A DNA stretch of 64,000 nt from Methanothrix sp. (GTDB taxonomy: Archaea; Halobacteriota; Methanosarcinia; Methanotrichales; Methanotrichaceae): NCBI GenBank assembly GCA_963682135.1, contig OY821645.1:1280001-1344000 (forward strand). The letters run 5' to 3'. A program made the translations under genes and the position numbers. The notes below the pieces were generated by a model that did not search any database, had not been told where the DNA came from, and saw only the letters and a list, made by a program, of their open reading frames with translations. Shown one piece after another: positions 50,028-59,508 of this stretch (the first letter of the stretch is position 1; each line of letters opens with the position of its first letter).

Positions 50028-51179
50028 CTAAATGAGCTGCCAGTAGATAAGAGGAGCAAGCGCCAGCAGTGCCAGGCCCGTGGCCAGCCTCATCCCCACT
50101 CTATGGTCCTTGCGGAAGGCGTTCACCTGCTCCGGGCTCATACCCAGAGCAATTGCCCCGCCCAGAATGATGATAGGCAGAATTACCCCCAGATTGAAGA
50201 ATAGGAGATAAGCTGCCCCCTCAAAGTAGCTTCTGGCGGAGAGAAGATCCAGTATCGCGAGGTAAATAGCCCCCACGCAGGGAGCCTTGACCAGGGAGAA
50301 GAGCGCTCCGATAATGAAATACGAGCTGATTCGGCCCTTATCAATCCCGGCCTGGAAATACTTGAGAGCCCAATCTGTGCGAAAAAGGGATGGCCGTCCC
50401 TGTGAGAGCCGCATCGCATCCCAGACCTGAGAGAGGCCGGCCAGCAAGAGAAAAGCAGTCAGAATATAGCGGAAAGAGCTGGAGATCGCCTCAGTCTGCA
50501 GCAATTGCTGCATGCCCAGGCCAAAGAGAAAGTACATGGTAAAGATGCCCAAGGAAAAGAATACAACCATCATTACCAGCTCGCGCCTCTTTCCCGAAGA
50601 GGAGAGAACCGATGCCACCAGGAACACCAGAATTCCCAGCAAGCAGGGATTGAAGCCCGCCACCAGGCCGGCCACCAGGACGGCGGATATGGTGTAAAGT
50701 GATATCTCCTGCAAGTTAAGGCTCGGGCCGTCGGCAGCCGCGCTTAGATTCTGCTCTGTGCTCTCATCGCCGGGCAGGGTGAAGGCCGCTGGAATATCAC
50801 CGGTCTGATTGGCCAGAGCGCCTTTGATGAGGCTTTCCAGCAATACATTATCCTTCTCATAATCCCGATAGTTGATCACCTGCATTCCGATTATGATGGC
50901 AGGAACATCCTTGGCTCGATACTGTTTGATGATACGATGTCCTTGCTCAGAATAATAGTAATAACTGGTTATATTGATTGGCACATCCTGTCCGACTTTA
51001 TCCAATGTTCTCTCTGCGGCTGCGCATTTCGTGCATCCCGGGGACTTGATGAGTATAACTTCAGCAGCATCTTTCCCAGCAACTGCAGAGCCATTGGAAA
51101 GCAGCAGAGCTGCGCTTGCCAGCAAGATGAACGCAAGAAAGAGGCTTACAGCCGCAATACGAGACATGCCAATGCGCAT
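50028..51179 (-). CDS. Thioredoxin-like domain fused to a CcdA/DsbD-type TM domain
   Basis: SPGCTKC; AGFNPC and KAPC in the TM region. Confidence 0.82.
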   Translation of the reverse strand: MRIGMSRIAAVSLFLAFILLASAALLLSNGSAVAGKDAAEVILIKSPGCTKCAAAERTLDKVGQDVPINITSYYYYSEQGHRIIKQYRAKDVPAIIIGMQVINYRDYEKDNVLLESLIKGALANQTGDIPAAFTLPGDESTEQNLSAAADGPSLNLQEISLYTISAVLVAGLVAGFNPCLLGILVFLVASVLSSSGKRRELVMMVVFFSLGIFTMYFLFGLGMQQLLQTEAISSSFRYILTAFLLLAGLSQVWDAMRLSQGRPSLFRTDWALKYFQAGIDKGRISSYFIIGALFSLVKAPCVGAIYLAILDLLSARSYFEGAAYLLFFNLGVILPIIILGGAIALGMSPEQVNAFRKDHRVGMRLATGLALLALAPLIYWQLI

Positions 51180-51292
51180 AAGCGACCTATGGACGCAAGA
51201 AGTATAAAATCTCCCTGATCAGAAGAACCGAACCTTTGGCAGGGAATTGATCCGCAGTCCCCTGCCAAAAAAAATTCGCCTTTCTCTCGCAT

Positions 51293-51868
51293 TCACTCCG
51301 TTTCATACTTGAGGACAGGCCCATTTCCAGAAGCCCTGCCAGATGCGAATCCCACAGATGCGTCATCCTCAGCCACAATTACTATGGAGTAGCCACACCC
51401 TTCCGTGCAGGTCTCGACGGCTTTCTTGACGAGAGATGTTACATCAAGGGTATAGCTTCCCTCGTTCTCAATATTCAAGGATGGAGAGGAGACCTCCGAA
51501 TCATAATCAGCCTTATCATACCAGGTTGTTGTATCAAGAGTCTCCCCGTGCTTATAGTAAGCTCTGACCTTGCCGGGCCTGTCCACCTGAGAGGCATCAA
51601 GAGTCAGCGTTGCCGCAGCGATCTGCTCCGGTTTAAAGATTCCCTGGCTGCCGAACATATTGATGACGCTTAAATAGACCATTTTTTCTGGTTCGTTGCC
51701 CTGAGAAGCAGCCCCGAGCAAGTCCTCTTTATCAAAGCTCTGGTTGGCATTGTTCGCATCCACATAGGTCTCGACATCCATCTGGGCTGTAAAGCTCCCG
51801 GCGAGGGCAGTTGCAGCCAGAAGCAGGAATATGCCCATAAGTGCATACAAATATCTCAAAGTCATTCC
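51293..51868 (-). CDS. Secreted DNRLRE/disaggregatase-like domain protein
   Basis: Signal peptide; ETYVD, ATLTL, TTW, LDVTSLV, FAS..PVL. Confidence 0.6.
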   Translation of the reverse strand, partial: GMTLRYLYALMGIFLLLAATALAGSFTAQMDVETYVDANNANQSFDKEDLLGAASQGNEPEKMVYLSVINMFGSQGIFKPEQIAAATLTLDASQVDRPGKVRAYYKHGETLDTTTWYDKADYDSEVSSPSLNIENEGSYTLDVTSLVKKAVETCTEGCGYSIVIVAEDDASVGFASGRASGNGPVLKYETE

Positions 51869-51963
51869 TCCACTAGAGAATACCTGGTGATCTAACAAAT
51901 AAAAAGACGTACGTTCATATGGAGCTTATGTAAGCAATCCATTCCCACATGATCCTGGGAATA

Positions 51964-52872
51964 TCAGAGATCCTCTTTCCTAAACGTCCACACCCCTTCA
52001 ATCGTCACCTTCTTCGCTGCCCTTCCCAACTTCGCATCCAGAATCAGCTCGCCTATCTCCTCCTTCATGACCCTGGCAATACCGATGATAGAGGTTGTTG
52101 GCCGGGCGTTCACATCCACGACCCAGGGCCGCTCCCCCAGCACAAAGTCGATTCCCGCGTACCCGGAAAGAGACAGGGCGTCTGCCGCCTTTCTTGCCTC
52201 TGCCCAAATTTCATCGGCGCGAGGCGTGTTGTAGGGCACCTGGCTTCCCTGATAGCTCATGCCATCGCCCTGAAAGTCGATGAGCTGACGGTTGATGGTG
52301 AGCGGCAAAAAGCCGCCACCGCCCACGATGAAGCTGGCGGATAGATGCAGCCCCTCATGGTAGCGAGTGACTATTTCCCCGGGACCTGCCCTGGCAAAAG
52401 AGGTGATGCGCACTCCCTCCGAGCCGCAGCCCGTACGCGGCTTTACTACATAGCGATGGCAGCCCTGCTCCACAGGATCTGGCCTCTCCACTATCTCGGC
52501 CACGGAGACTCCCGCCCGCGCCAGTGCCCGAGTGCAGAGCAGCTTGTCTGCAGCCAGACGGGCGGCATTGGGACTTGACCCCAGATTTAGCATGTTTTTC
52601 TCCAGGATCTGCAAAAGATGCGGCTGCATGCCGTCCGGGGCAATCAATAGTCCGGCGTCCGCTTTGCCGGCCAGGGCGCCTGCAAACTCCTCTTCTCCCT
52701 TCACGTGAACGGGCCGGCCAGCTTCGATGGTGGGCCCGGATGTGGGATAAGCTACCACATGCCCGGCCCTCTGGAAGCTGCCCGCCAGGGTGGCCAGCAT
52801 GGCCCGGCCCTCCAGCTCATGCGTACCGCCCAGGCCAAGAGCAGAGGCATACTCGGCAATAAGAATCTTCAT
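51964..52872 (-). CDS. mfnD: ATP-grasp tyramine-L-glutamate ligase (methanofuran biosynthesis)
   Basis: MKILIAEYA, EGRAML, IAPD, KPRTGCG, GIDFV, VDVNARPTTS. Confidence 0.8.
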   Translation of the reverse strand: MKILIAEYASALGLGGTHELEGRAMLATLAGSFQRAGHVVAYPTSGPTIEAGRPVHVKGEEEFAGALAGKADAGLLIAPDGMQPHLLQILEKNMLNLGSSPNAARLAADKLLCTRALARAGVSVAEIVERPDPVEQGCHRYVVKPRTGCGSEGVRITSFARAGPGEIVTRYHEGLHLSASFIVGGGGFLPLTINRQLIDFQGDGMSYQGSQVPYNTPRADEIWAEARKAADALSLSGYAGIDFVLGERPWVVDVNARPTTSIIGIARVMKEEIGELILDAKLGRAAKKVTIEGVWTFRKEDL

Positions 52873-52983
52873 AGTTAAGTCCTTGAGGAGATGGCACAAA
52901 ACTCCTTTGCCAGCATTCAATCCCAGCTCCTTTGTACCATTAATAGAAACGATTTAGTAATCCCTGAGTGATCTGTTAAAATC

Positions 52984-54267
52984 ATGTTCGGACCTAAATC
53001 TCATCTCACCTCTCGTGACAATCACCTCTTTCTGGAAGATGTGGATTGCTTCGCCCTGGCAGAGCAGCTGGGCACCCCTCTTTATGTCACCTCAGAGAGC
53101 CGCCTGCGCGAGAATATTCACGCCTACCATCGTGCCTTTCCCGACGCGGACAAGTACTTCGCTGTAAAGGCCAATGGCAACCTCACATTGCTGCGCATCG
53201 CCGCTCAGGAAGACATGGGCGCGGACGTCTTCTCAGCAGGAGAGCTTGCCGTTGTGCGTATGGCCGGCATCCCTCGGGAAAAGATCCTCTACAACGGCAA
53301 CTCCAAGAGCGAGAAGGATCACGAGATGGCCATCCAGGCGAAGGTGCGCATGTCCGTAGACTCTCGCGAGGAGCTGGAGCATCTCGCAGAGACCGCGAAG
53401 CGGCTGGGGCAGGAGGCTGAGATCCTCTTCCGGGTCAATCCTGATGTCTCTCCTAAAACCCATCCCAAGATAGCCACCGGCCTTCGCTCTTCCAAGTTCG
53501 GTATCCCTGCTGAACAGGTGGCGCAGACCTACCAGAGGGCCATGAGCCTGGAAGGAGTAAAGCCGGTGGGCCTGCATTGCCACATCGGCTCGCAGATTTT
53601 GGACACAGCCCCCTTCGCCGAGGCAGCGGGAAAGATGATGGACATCGCTGCCGCCGTTGTGGCCGCAGGCGGCAAGGTTGAGCGCATCGACCTGGGCGGC
53701 GGTCTTGGTATCCAGTATCATCCTGACCTGCCCGCGCCTACCCCCGCCGACCTGGCGGCAGCAGTGCTGCCCATTTTCCAGAGCCGCTGCCAGGCCCTGG
53801 GCATAGCCCCCAAGCTCATCCTGGAGCCGGGCCGCAGCATCGTGGCCGATAGCACAGTCATGCTCTCTCGGGTCAATGCCGTCAAAAAGGCTCATGTCAA
53901 TTTTGTGGACATGGATGCCGGCTTCAACGTCCTGGCCAGGCCCATGCTCTACGACTCTTATCATCATGTCGTGGTGGCTAACCGGACCGGCGAGAGCGCA
54001 GCCGAGACCTACACCGTTGTGGGCCCCATCTGCGAGACGGGAGATGTGCTGGCCAAAGACCGGCGACTGCCTTCTCTGGCACGCGGCGACGTTCTGGCCT
54101 TCCTGGATGCCGGAGCCTACGGATTCTCCATGGCTTCCCAGTACAACGGCCAGCCTCGACCGGCTGAGGTGCTGGTTTCCAGGGACAAGGCAGAGGTCAC
54201 CCGGCGCGCCGAGGATGCCAGCGCCCTTCTGGTCGGGCAGAGGATCTTGCCCAGGCTGATGTTCTAG
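52984..54267 (+). CDS. lysA: Diaminopimelate decarboxylase
   Basis: FAVKAN, SKFG, HCHIGSQ, EPGRSIV, GPICETGD, GAYG. Confidence 0.96.
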   Translation: MFGPKSHLTSRDNHLFLEDVDCFALAEQLGTPLYVTSESRLRENIHAYHRAFPDADKYFAVKANGNLTLLRIAAQEDMGADVFSAGELAVVRMAGIPREKILYNGNSKSEKDHEMAIQAKVRMSVDSREELEHLAETAKRLGQEAEILFRVNPDVSPKTHPKIATGLRSSKFGIPAEQVAQTYQRAMSLEGVKPVGLHCHIGSQILDTAPFAEAAGKMMDIAAAVVAAGGKVERIDLGGGLGIQYHPDLPAPTPADLAAAVLPIFQSRCQALGIAPKLILEPGRSIVADSTVMLSRVNAVKKAHVNFVDMDAGFNVLARPMLYDSYHHVVVANRTGESAAETYTVVGPICETGDVLAKDRRLPSLARGDVLAFLDAGAYGFSMASQYNGQPRPAEVLVSRDKAEVTRRAEDASALLVGQRILPRLMF

Positions 54268-54275
54268 GTGGAAAA

Positions 54276-54851
54276 ATGACGGGCGAGAGGGCAAGTGACC
54301 AAGAAGGCGCTCAAGAAGAGCGGCCAGAAGTCTCACTGGCGCAGGCTGCGGAAGATGTGCAGAGCCAGTTAATGCCTCTGCGCCAGGGCGAGTTTTCAGA
54401 GAAGATCGGCAAGATCTCCGTCTACGTGCAGTCTGCTGCCAAAGCCCGTGATGCCAAGACACTGGCCAATTTTATTCGCTTCGCTCAGTTGAATCTGGAC
54501 GGCGTCCTGGTGGCAGCGCTGGAGGCACTGGTCTTTCGGCCCCGCCTGGCCAGCAGGGCTGACGAGCAGAAGAAAGCCACCGCGCTGCAAAAAACCTTCG
54601 ACCGGCTGGATCGACCCGCGGTGGCCATGCTGGAGCACTATATGAGCAGCTCCGATCCGCTCAACAAGTATCTGGTGGCAGGACCCTGGGGGCATGAGTA
54701 TCTGAAGAAGCGAGGGGTGGGCGTGGAGAAATACGACAGGGAGCTGATCGAGATGCTGGGCTGCGGGGATACAGTGGCAGGAAGAATTGTAAGAAGCTAC
54801 GCCAGCCTGAAGCGATCGATCGATGAGCTGCAAATTCTGGCACGATATTAG
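54276..54851 (+). CDS. Hypothetical protein
   Basis: Co-oriented 8 nt after lysA, AGGTGG ribosome-binding site, host-like codon usage. Confidence 0.7.
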   Translation: MTGERASDQEGAQEERPEVSLAQAAEDVQSQLMPLRQGEFSEKIGKISVYVQSAAKARDAKTLANFIRFAQLNLDGVLVAALEALVFRPRLASRADEQKKATALQKTFDRLDRPAVAMLEHYMSSSDPLNKYLVAGPWGHEYLKKRGVGVEKYDRELIEMLGCGDTVAGRIVRSYASLKRSIDELQILARY

Positions 54852-54905
54852 CTGCTACAAAAGGTATTATATTCCAACGATAGATTGATCAACTGATTGG
54901 AGGTG

Positions 54906-55643
54906 ATGTGGCTGCTGGAGATTGAAGATCTGTCGGTAAGCATCGGCAGTAAGCAAGTTCTAAAGGACTTCAACCTAAGAATAAGTCGGGGCGAGACCCA
55001 TGCCCTATTCGGCCCCAATGGGACGGGCAAAACAACTCTCTTGAATGTCATTGCAGGAATTCCCAGATACACCATTGATGGGGGACGCATCGTATTCAAA
55101 GATGAAGATATCACGCACATGTCTATGGACGAAAGGGCACGCCTGGGCATTGGCATGGCCTTTCAGCGCCCACCGGCCATTCGCGGCCTGCGGCTCAAAG
55201 ACCTCATCAAGATCATCAATCCCAAGGCAGACGCACCAGCTATCCTCCGGAAGATGGACTTTGAGGCCTTTGCAGATAGAGATGTCAATCGCGGCTTCTC
55301 GGGGGGCGAGGTAAAGCGCTCCGAGATGGTTCAGCTCCTGGCGCAGCAGCCCGATTTCGTCATGCTGGATGAGCCCGATTCCGGCGTGGATCTGGAGAAT
55401 ATCAAGCTCATCGGCGAGGCCATCAACGTTCTCACGCAAAAGGACCTGCGCCCCAGCCTGAGGACCAAGTCCGGCGTGATCATCACTCACTTCGGCCATA
55501 TTCTGGATTACATGAAAGCGGACCGGGCCCATGTAATGCTGGGCGGATCGATCGTCTGCAGCGGCAATCCGGGAGAGATCCTGGAGCAGATCAAGAAAAG
55601 CGGATATGAGGGGTGTGTAGGATGCAGCACGTGTCCGGTATAG
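54906..55643 (+). CDS. sufC: Fe-S assembly ABC ATPase SufC (SmsC)
   Basis: GPNGTGKT, FSGGEVKRSE, LDEPDSG, C-terminal CVGCSTC. Confidence 0.92.
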   Translation: MWLLEIEDLSVSIGSKQVLKDFNLRISRGETHALFGPNGTGKTTLLNVIAGIPRYTIDGGRIVFKDEDITHMSMDERARLGIGMAFQRPPAIRGLRLKDLIKIINPKADAPAILRKMDFEAFADRDVNRGFSGGEVKRSEMVQLLAQQPDFVMLDEPDSGVDLENIKLIGEAINVLTQKDLRPSLRTKSGVIITHFGHILDYMKADRAHVMLGGSIVCSGNPGEILEQIKKSGYEGCVGCSTCPV

Positions 55644-56842
55644 AGGATAAGGCCAGAAAGGCACGCGGCAAGAAGGCCTTGTACGGCACAGATGTGGACC
55701 TGGAAAGCTATGAGTCTGAGGCCAAACCCCAGGGCATGGTAGCCAGTGCCGAAGATCTGCCAAGTGTTGTCACGAAAGCCGCCCTGGATGTAGGCGTGAA
55801 GCTGGACGGAGAATCCTCAGGCTCTTTCGTTCAGATGGACCAGACACCAGTAATAGCCAAGTCTCTCTACGAAGGCGTGGAGATCATGGATATGGCCTCC
55901 GCCCTGGAGAAGTATGACTTTTTGCAGGATTACTGGTTCAAGCTGGTGGCGGCCGACGCCGATAAGTATACGGCGGACGTCGCAGCAGCGCCACCAGCAG
56001 GCTACTTCATACGTGCCAAGAAGGGCATGAAGACCGTATTTCCAGTCAAGAGTTGCCTGTATCTGGGGTCATCCAACCTCAACCAGCGGGTGCACAATGT
56101 CATCATTGCCGAAGAAGGCTCGGAGCTGCATGTCATCACCGGCTGTACCACACCGGCGCACGTGCAACGCGGCCTGCATATTGGCGTCTCGGAGTTTTAC
56201 ATTCAGAAGAATGCCAAGGTGAGTTTCACCATGGTGCACAGCTGGGGCAAAGAGGTCGAGGTGAGACCGAGAACGGGCATAACCATCGCGGAAGGCGGAT
56301 CTCTCTCTAACAACTACATACTCTTAAAGCCGGTCAAGACCATCCAGACCTTCCCCACAGCCACGCTGGCGGGACGGGGAGCTGTAGCCAGCTTCAACTC
56401 TGTTATCTACTCCACCATGGGCAACATAGACATCGGCAGCAATGTTAACCTCGATGCGGCTGAGACCAGTGCCGAGTCTATCTCCAGAGTGGTCTCCGTA
56501 GGCGGAGAGGTCATTGCCCGGGGAAGAATGACCGGCAGAGTGCCGGGGGCACGAGCCCATCTGGAGTGCGTCGGGCTTCTGCTCTCAGACAAAGGCAGAA
56601 TCTATTCCATACCGGAGCTGGACGGCCAGTGCCGGGATCTGGATATGTCCCATGAGGCGGCAGTAGGCCGCATCTCAGAGGAGGAACTGGAGTATCTCAT
56701 GGCTCGCGGTCTGACCTCAGAGGAGGCGACGAGCGTTATCGTGCGCGGATTTTTGGATGTGGAGATCAAGGGGCTGCCCGAGGACCTCAAGCAGGAGATC
56801 AAGAACATCACTCAAAGAGAGGATCTGAAGGGTGCGCCCTAA
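55613..56842 (+). CDS. sufB: Fe-S assembly scaffold SufB/D (SmsB); start uncertain
   Basis: ITGCT, HIGVSEFY, HLEC.GL, PEL, SHEAAVG, YLMARGL. Confidence 0.92.
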   Translation: MCRMQHVSGIEDKARKARGKKALYGTDVDLESYESEAKPQGMVASAEDLPSVVTKAALDVGVKLDGESSGSFVQMDQTPVIAKSLYEGVEIMDMASALEKYDFLQDYWFKLVAADADKYTADVAAAPPAGYFIRAKKGMKTVFPVKSCLYLGSSNLNQRVHNVIIAEEGSELHVITGCTTPAHVQRGLHIGVSEFYIQKNAKVSFTMVHSWGKEVEVRPRTGITIAEGGSLSNNYILLKPVKTIQTFPTATLAGRGAVASFNSVIYSTMGNIDIGSNVNLDAAETSAESISRVVSVGGEVIARGRMTGRVPGARAHLECVGLLLSDKGRIYSIPELDGQCRDLDMSHEAAVGRISEEELEYLMARGLTSEEATSVIVRGFLDVEIKGLPEDLKQEIKNITQREDLKGAP

Positions 56843-56930
56843 ACCTGGGGCACTCAGTTATTCTTTTTTTAGTGCCAAGATCCTCTGCTCAGATAACAGA
56901 TGGCCATAGGGAAAGAAGCTGTGTTGGATC

Positions 56931-57797
56931 ATGTTGTCTTTCTCACCTCTTGTGATCGCAGCAAAGCTGCTAAGAAAGGCTTTTGCAGAATGGCTCAAAG
57001 ACGATGCCTCGCTCCTGGCGGCAGCCCTCGCCTACTACGGCCTTTTCTCCTTTGTGCCGCTTGCCATACTAACATTAATATTAATTAACGCATTATTTCA
57101 GCACGGTTTTCTTGATAGTCAGGTAGTAGCCACCTCTCAAGATCTGGTAGGCCAGCAGATGCCAAACGTAGCTGACGATCTGATCGACCAGGCATCCGAT
57201 CAGGCCTCTTCCTTCAGCTTCACTATGCTCAACATTGGTCTCTTAGTATTTGGTGCTGCGGGTCTCTTCGTTCATACCAGGAGAGCCTTTCATATCATCT
57301 GGAGAGTTCCGGACAGAGCTGTCCCGATTATGAATACCATCATCAATTACCTGCACTCATATCTGCTCATCGCCCTGGTCGCCTTTCTGCTGCTGGTCAC
57401 CTCCATCTTCACCGCTCTTCTTATGCCTGCTGCAAAGTTGATAGAAGCGTCTCTGCCCATTCACCTGGGGCTGCTTCGGCTTCTCACCTTCCTGGTCTCC
57501 TTCTCTTTTGTATCAATTCTCTTTGCCGCTTCCTACAAGACCCTGAGCGAGGTGAAGCTGCGGTGGCGAGAGGTGCTTCCCGGCTCGGCTCTGGCAGCAC
57601 TCCTGTTCGCGGCAGGAAACTTTTGCATTGAGACCTATGTGAGCATCGTCAACATCGGTTCGGCCTATGGAGCAGCCGGATCTCTGGTGATCTTTCTCTT
57701 CTGGATCTATTACTCAGCTCAGATCTTCCTATTCGGAGCAGAGGTGATAAAGGTGCAGAAAGAGGCGAAGGAGAAAGAGCAGCTTGCCGAAAATTAG
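56931..57797 (+). CDS. YihY/BrkB family membrane protein
   Basis: AAALAYY..FS..P, SAYGAAGSL..WIYYSAQIFLFGAE. Confidence 0.9.
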   Translation: MLSFSPLVIAAKLLRKAFAEWLKDDASLLAAALAYYGLFSFVPLAILTLILINALFQHGFLDSQVVATSQDLVGQQMPNVADDLIDQASDQASSFSFTMLNIGLLVFGAAGLFVHTRRAFHIIWRVPDRAVPIMNTIINYLHSYLLIALVAFLLLVTSIFTALLMPAAKLIEASLPIHLGLLRLLTFLVSFSFVSILFAASYKTLSEVKLRWREVLPGSALAALLFAAGNFCIETYVSIVNIGSAYGAAGSLVIFLFWIYYSAQIFLFGAEVIKVQKEAKEKEQLAEN

Positions 57798-57815
57798 AAA
57801 AAAAAGGCGGAGAGA

Positions 57816-58019
57816 TCAGTCGGTTCTCCTCTTTTGCCCGCTTTGCTCGTAGTCCTCTCTTATGGCCCTGGCCATCTCCTCGTCCGCCTCCACAATCAAA
57901 GCGCCCATGTAATCGCAATTCTTGCAGTGGTAGACCTTGCCGGTATAGCCGCCGGCTTCCAGATAGAGTTGCGAACTGCCGCAGACCGGGCAGACCTCAA
58001 GCACTTTTTCGGGCTTCAT
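57816..58019 (-). CDS. Small Zn-ribbon protein
   Basis: CPVCGS...YHCKNCDY. Confidence 0.75.
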   Translation of the reverse strand: MKPEKVLEVCPVCGSSQLYLEAGGYTGKVYHCKNCDYMGALIVEADEEMARAIREDYEQSGQKRRTD

Positions 58020-58107
58020 GATAATACCATAAATGCATTGAGAAGTTAATTTTTTTGCTAACAACAATGAGAAGATAGATATATCATCGTTTTCACTCCC
58101 TTGGGCC

Positions 58108-59442
58108 ATGGAATTGAAGCTTGATCCCTGGGGTGCAGTTCATGTAGACGATTACAACAAGCTCTTTGTGGAGTTTGGCATATCAAGCTTTGATGATATA
58201 CTTCCACAGCTTTGTGAGCCTCATCAATACATGGCGCGCAAGATCATCTTCGGCCACAGAAACTACGACTCAGTCCTTCGTGCCATGCAAAAGCATGAGC
58301 CTTTTGCCGTCATGAGCGGATTCATGCCCACCGGCAGAGCCCATTTCGGTCACATGATGGTCATGAATGAGATCATCTGGCACCAGCAACAAGGGGGAGA
58401 CGCTTTTGCAGCGGTCGCCGATATGGAAGCGCATGCCGTGCGGGGCATAAGCTGGGAGAAATGCAGAACCCTAGGCATCAATGAGTATATCCTCAGCCTT
58501 ATCGCCCTGGGATTTGAACCGAAAGAGAACAGCCACATCTATTTCCAGTCGGAAAACTACAGGATGAGAAATCTGGCCTTTGAATTGGGCAGAGAGGCCA
58601 ATTTCTCCGAGGTCAGCGCCATCTATGGATTTTCCGGCGAGACCCATATCTCGCACATGGAGAGCGTCATGGCCCAGAGCGCCGACATTCTTCATCCTCA
58701 ATTGTTGGAATTCGGCGGACCCAAGCCGGTGGTCATACCGGTAGGAGCGGATCAGGATCCGCATATCAAGCTCACCCGCGACCTCGCCTACCGCATGAGA
58801 AAGTTTCTGGTGGAGCTGCGAGGCGACTACATCAGCATCCGGGGCAAAGCGGCTGACCAGGAACTGATGCATGCGGCTGAAAAAGTTTTGAAGGAGACGG
58901 GATTGGGACGAGTTAAACGCTACGAGGAGCATATCGATCTCACAGAGATCCAGGACTGCGAAGGCCGCAGCTATGGCGCTCTTCTGGAGGCCGTCGACCG
59001 GCTCATAATAAAGTTGGAAATTGAGCACGGGCATTACGGCTTCATTCCTCCTGCCTCCATCTATCATCGTTTCATGACCGGCCTGACAGGAGGCAAGATG
59101 TCCTCCTCCAAGCCGGAGAGCCATATCGCTCTCACGGAAGATCCCAAGGAGGCAGGCAAGAAGATCATGCGAGCCATCACAGGCGGCAGGCAGAGCCTGG
59201 CTGAGCAAAAGAAGCTGGGGGGCGAGCCGGACAAGTGCTCCATCTACGAGTTCCTGGTCTTCCATCTCTCCCAAGACGACAAAGAACTGCTGGAGCTGGA
59301 CGCCGAATGCCGCTCTGGAAGGCGCATGTGTGGAACCTGCAAGAAGGATGTGGCGGAAAGGATCGAAATATTCCTGCGCGAGCATCAGCAGGCTCGCGAG
59401 GCAGCCAAGGAGAGGCTGCCGGAGTTTGGGATTAAAGAATAG
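58108..59442 (+). CDS. trpS: Tryptophan-tRNA ligase
   Basis: PTGRAHFGH (HIGH), PVGADQDPH, KMSSS. Confidence 0.96.
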   Translation: MELKLDPWGAVHVDDYNKLFVEFGISSFDDILPQLCEPHQYMARKIIFGHRNYDSVLRAMQKHEPFAVMSGFMPTGRAHFGHMMVMNEIIWHQQQGGDAFAAVADMEAHAVRGISWEKCRTLGINEYILSLIALGFEPKENSHIYFQSENYRMRNLAFELGREANFSEVSAIYGFSGETHISHMESVMAQSADILHPQLLEFGGPKPVVIPVGADQDPHIKLTRDLAYRMRKFLVELRGDYISIRGKAADQELMHAAEKVLKETGLGRVKRYEEHIDLTEIQDCEGRSYGALLEAVDRLIIKLEIEHGHYGFIPPASIYHRFMTGLTGGKMSSSKPESHIALTEDPKEAGKKIMRAITGGRQSLAEQKKLGGEPDKCSIYEFLVFHLSQDDKELLELDAECRSGRRMCGTCKKDVAERIEIFLREHQQAREAAKERLPEFGIKE

Positions 59443-59508
59443 GGCAGAACCACTCAAGGATAAATATATGTAGGATGAAACTCTTTTTAGCATTATTAAT
59501 TTAAGGAG

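Noticed and set aside
53233-54462. 409-aa minus-strand ORF
   Set aside because: Antisense shadow of lysA
58471-59493. 340-aa minus-strand ORF
   Set aside because: Antisense shadow of trpS
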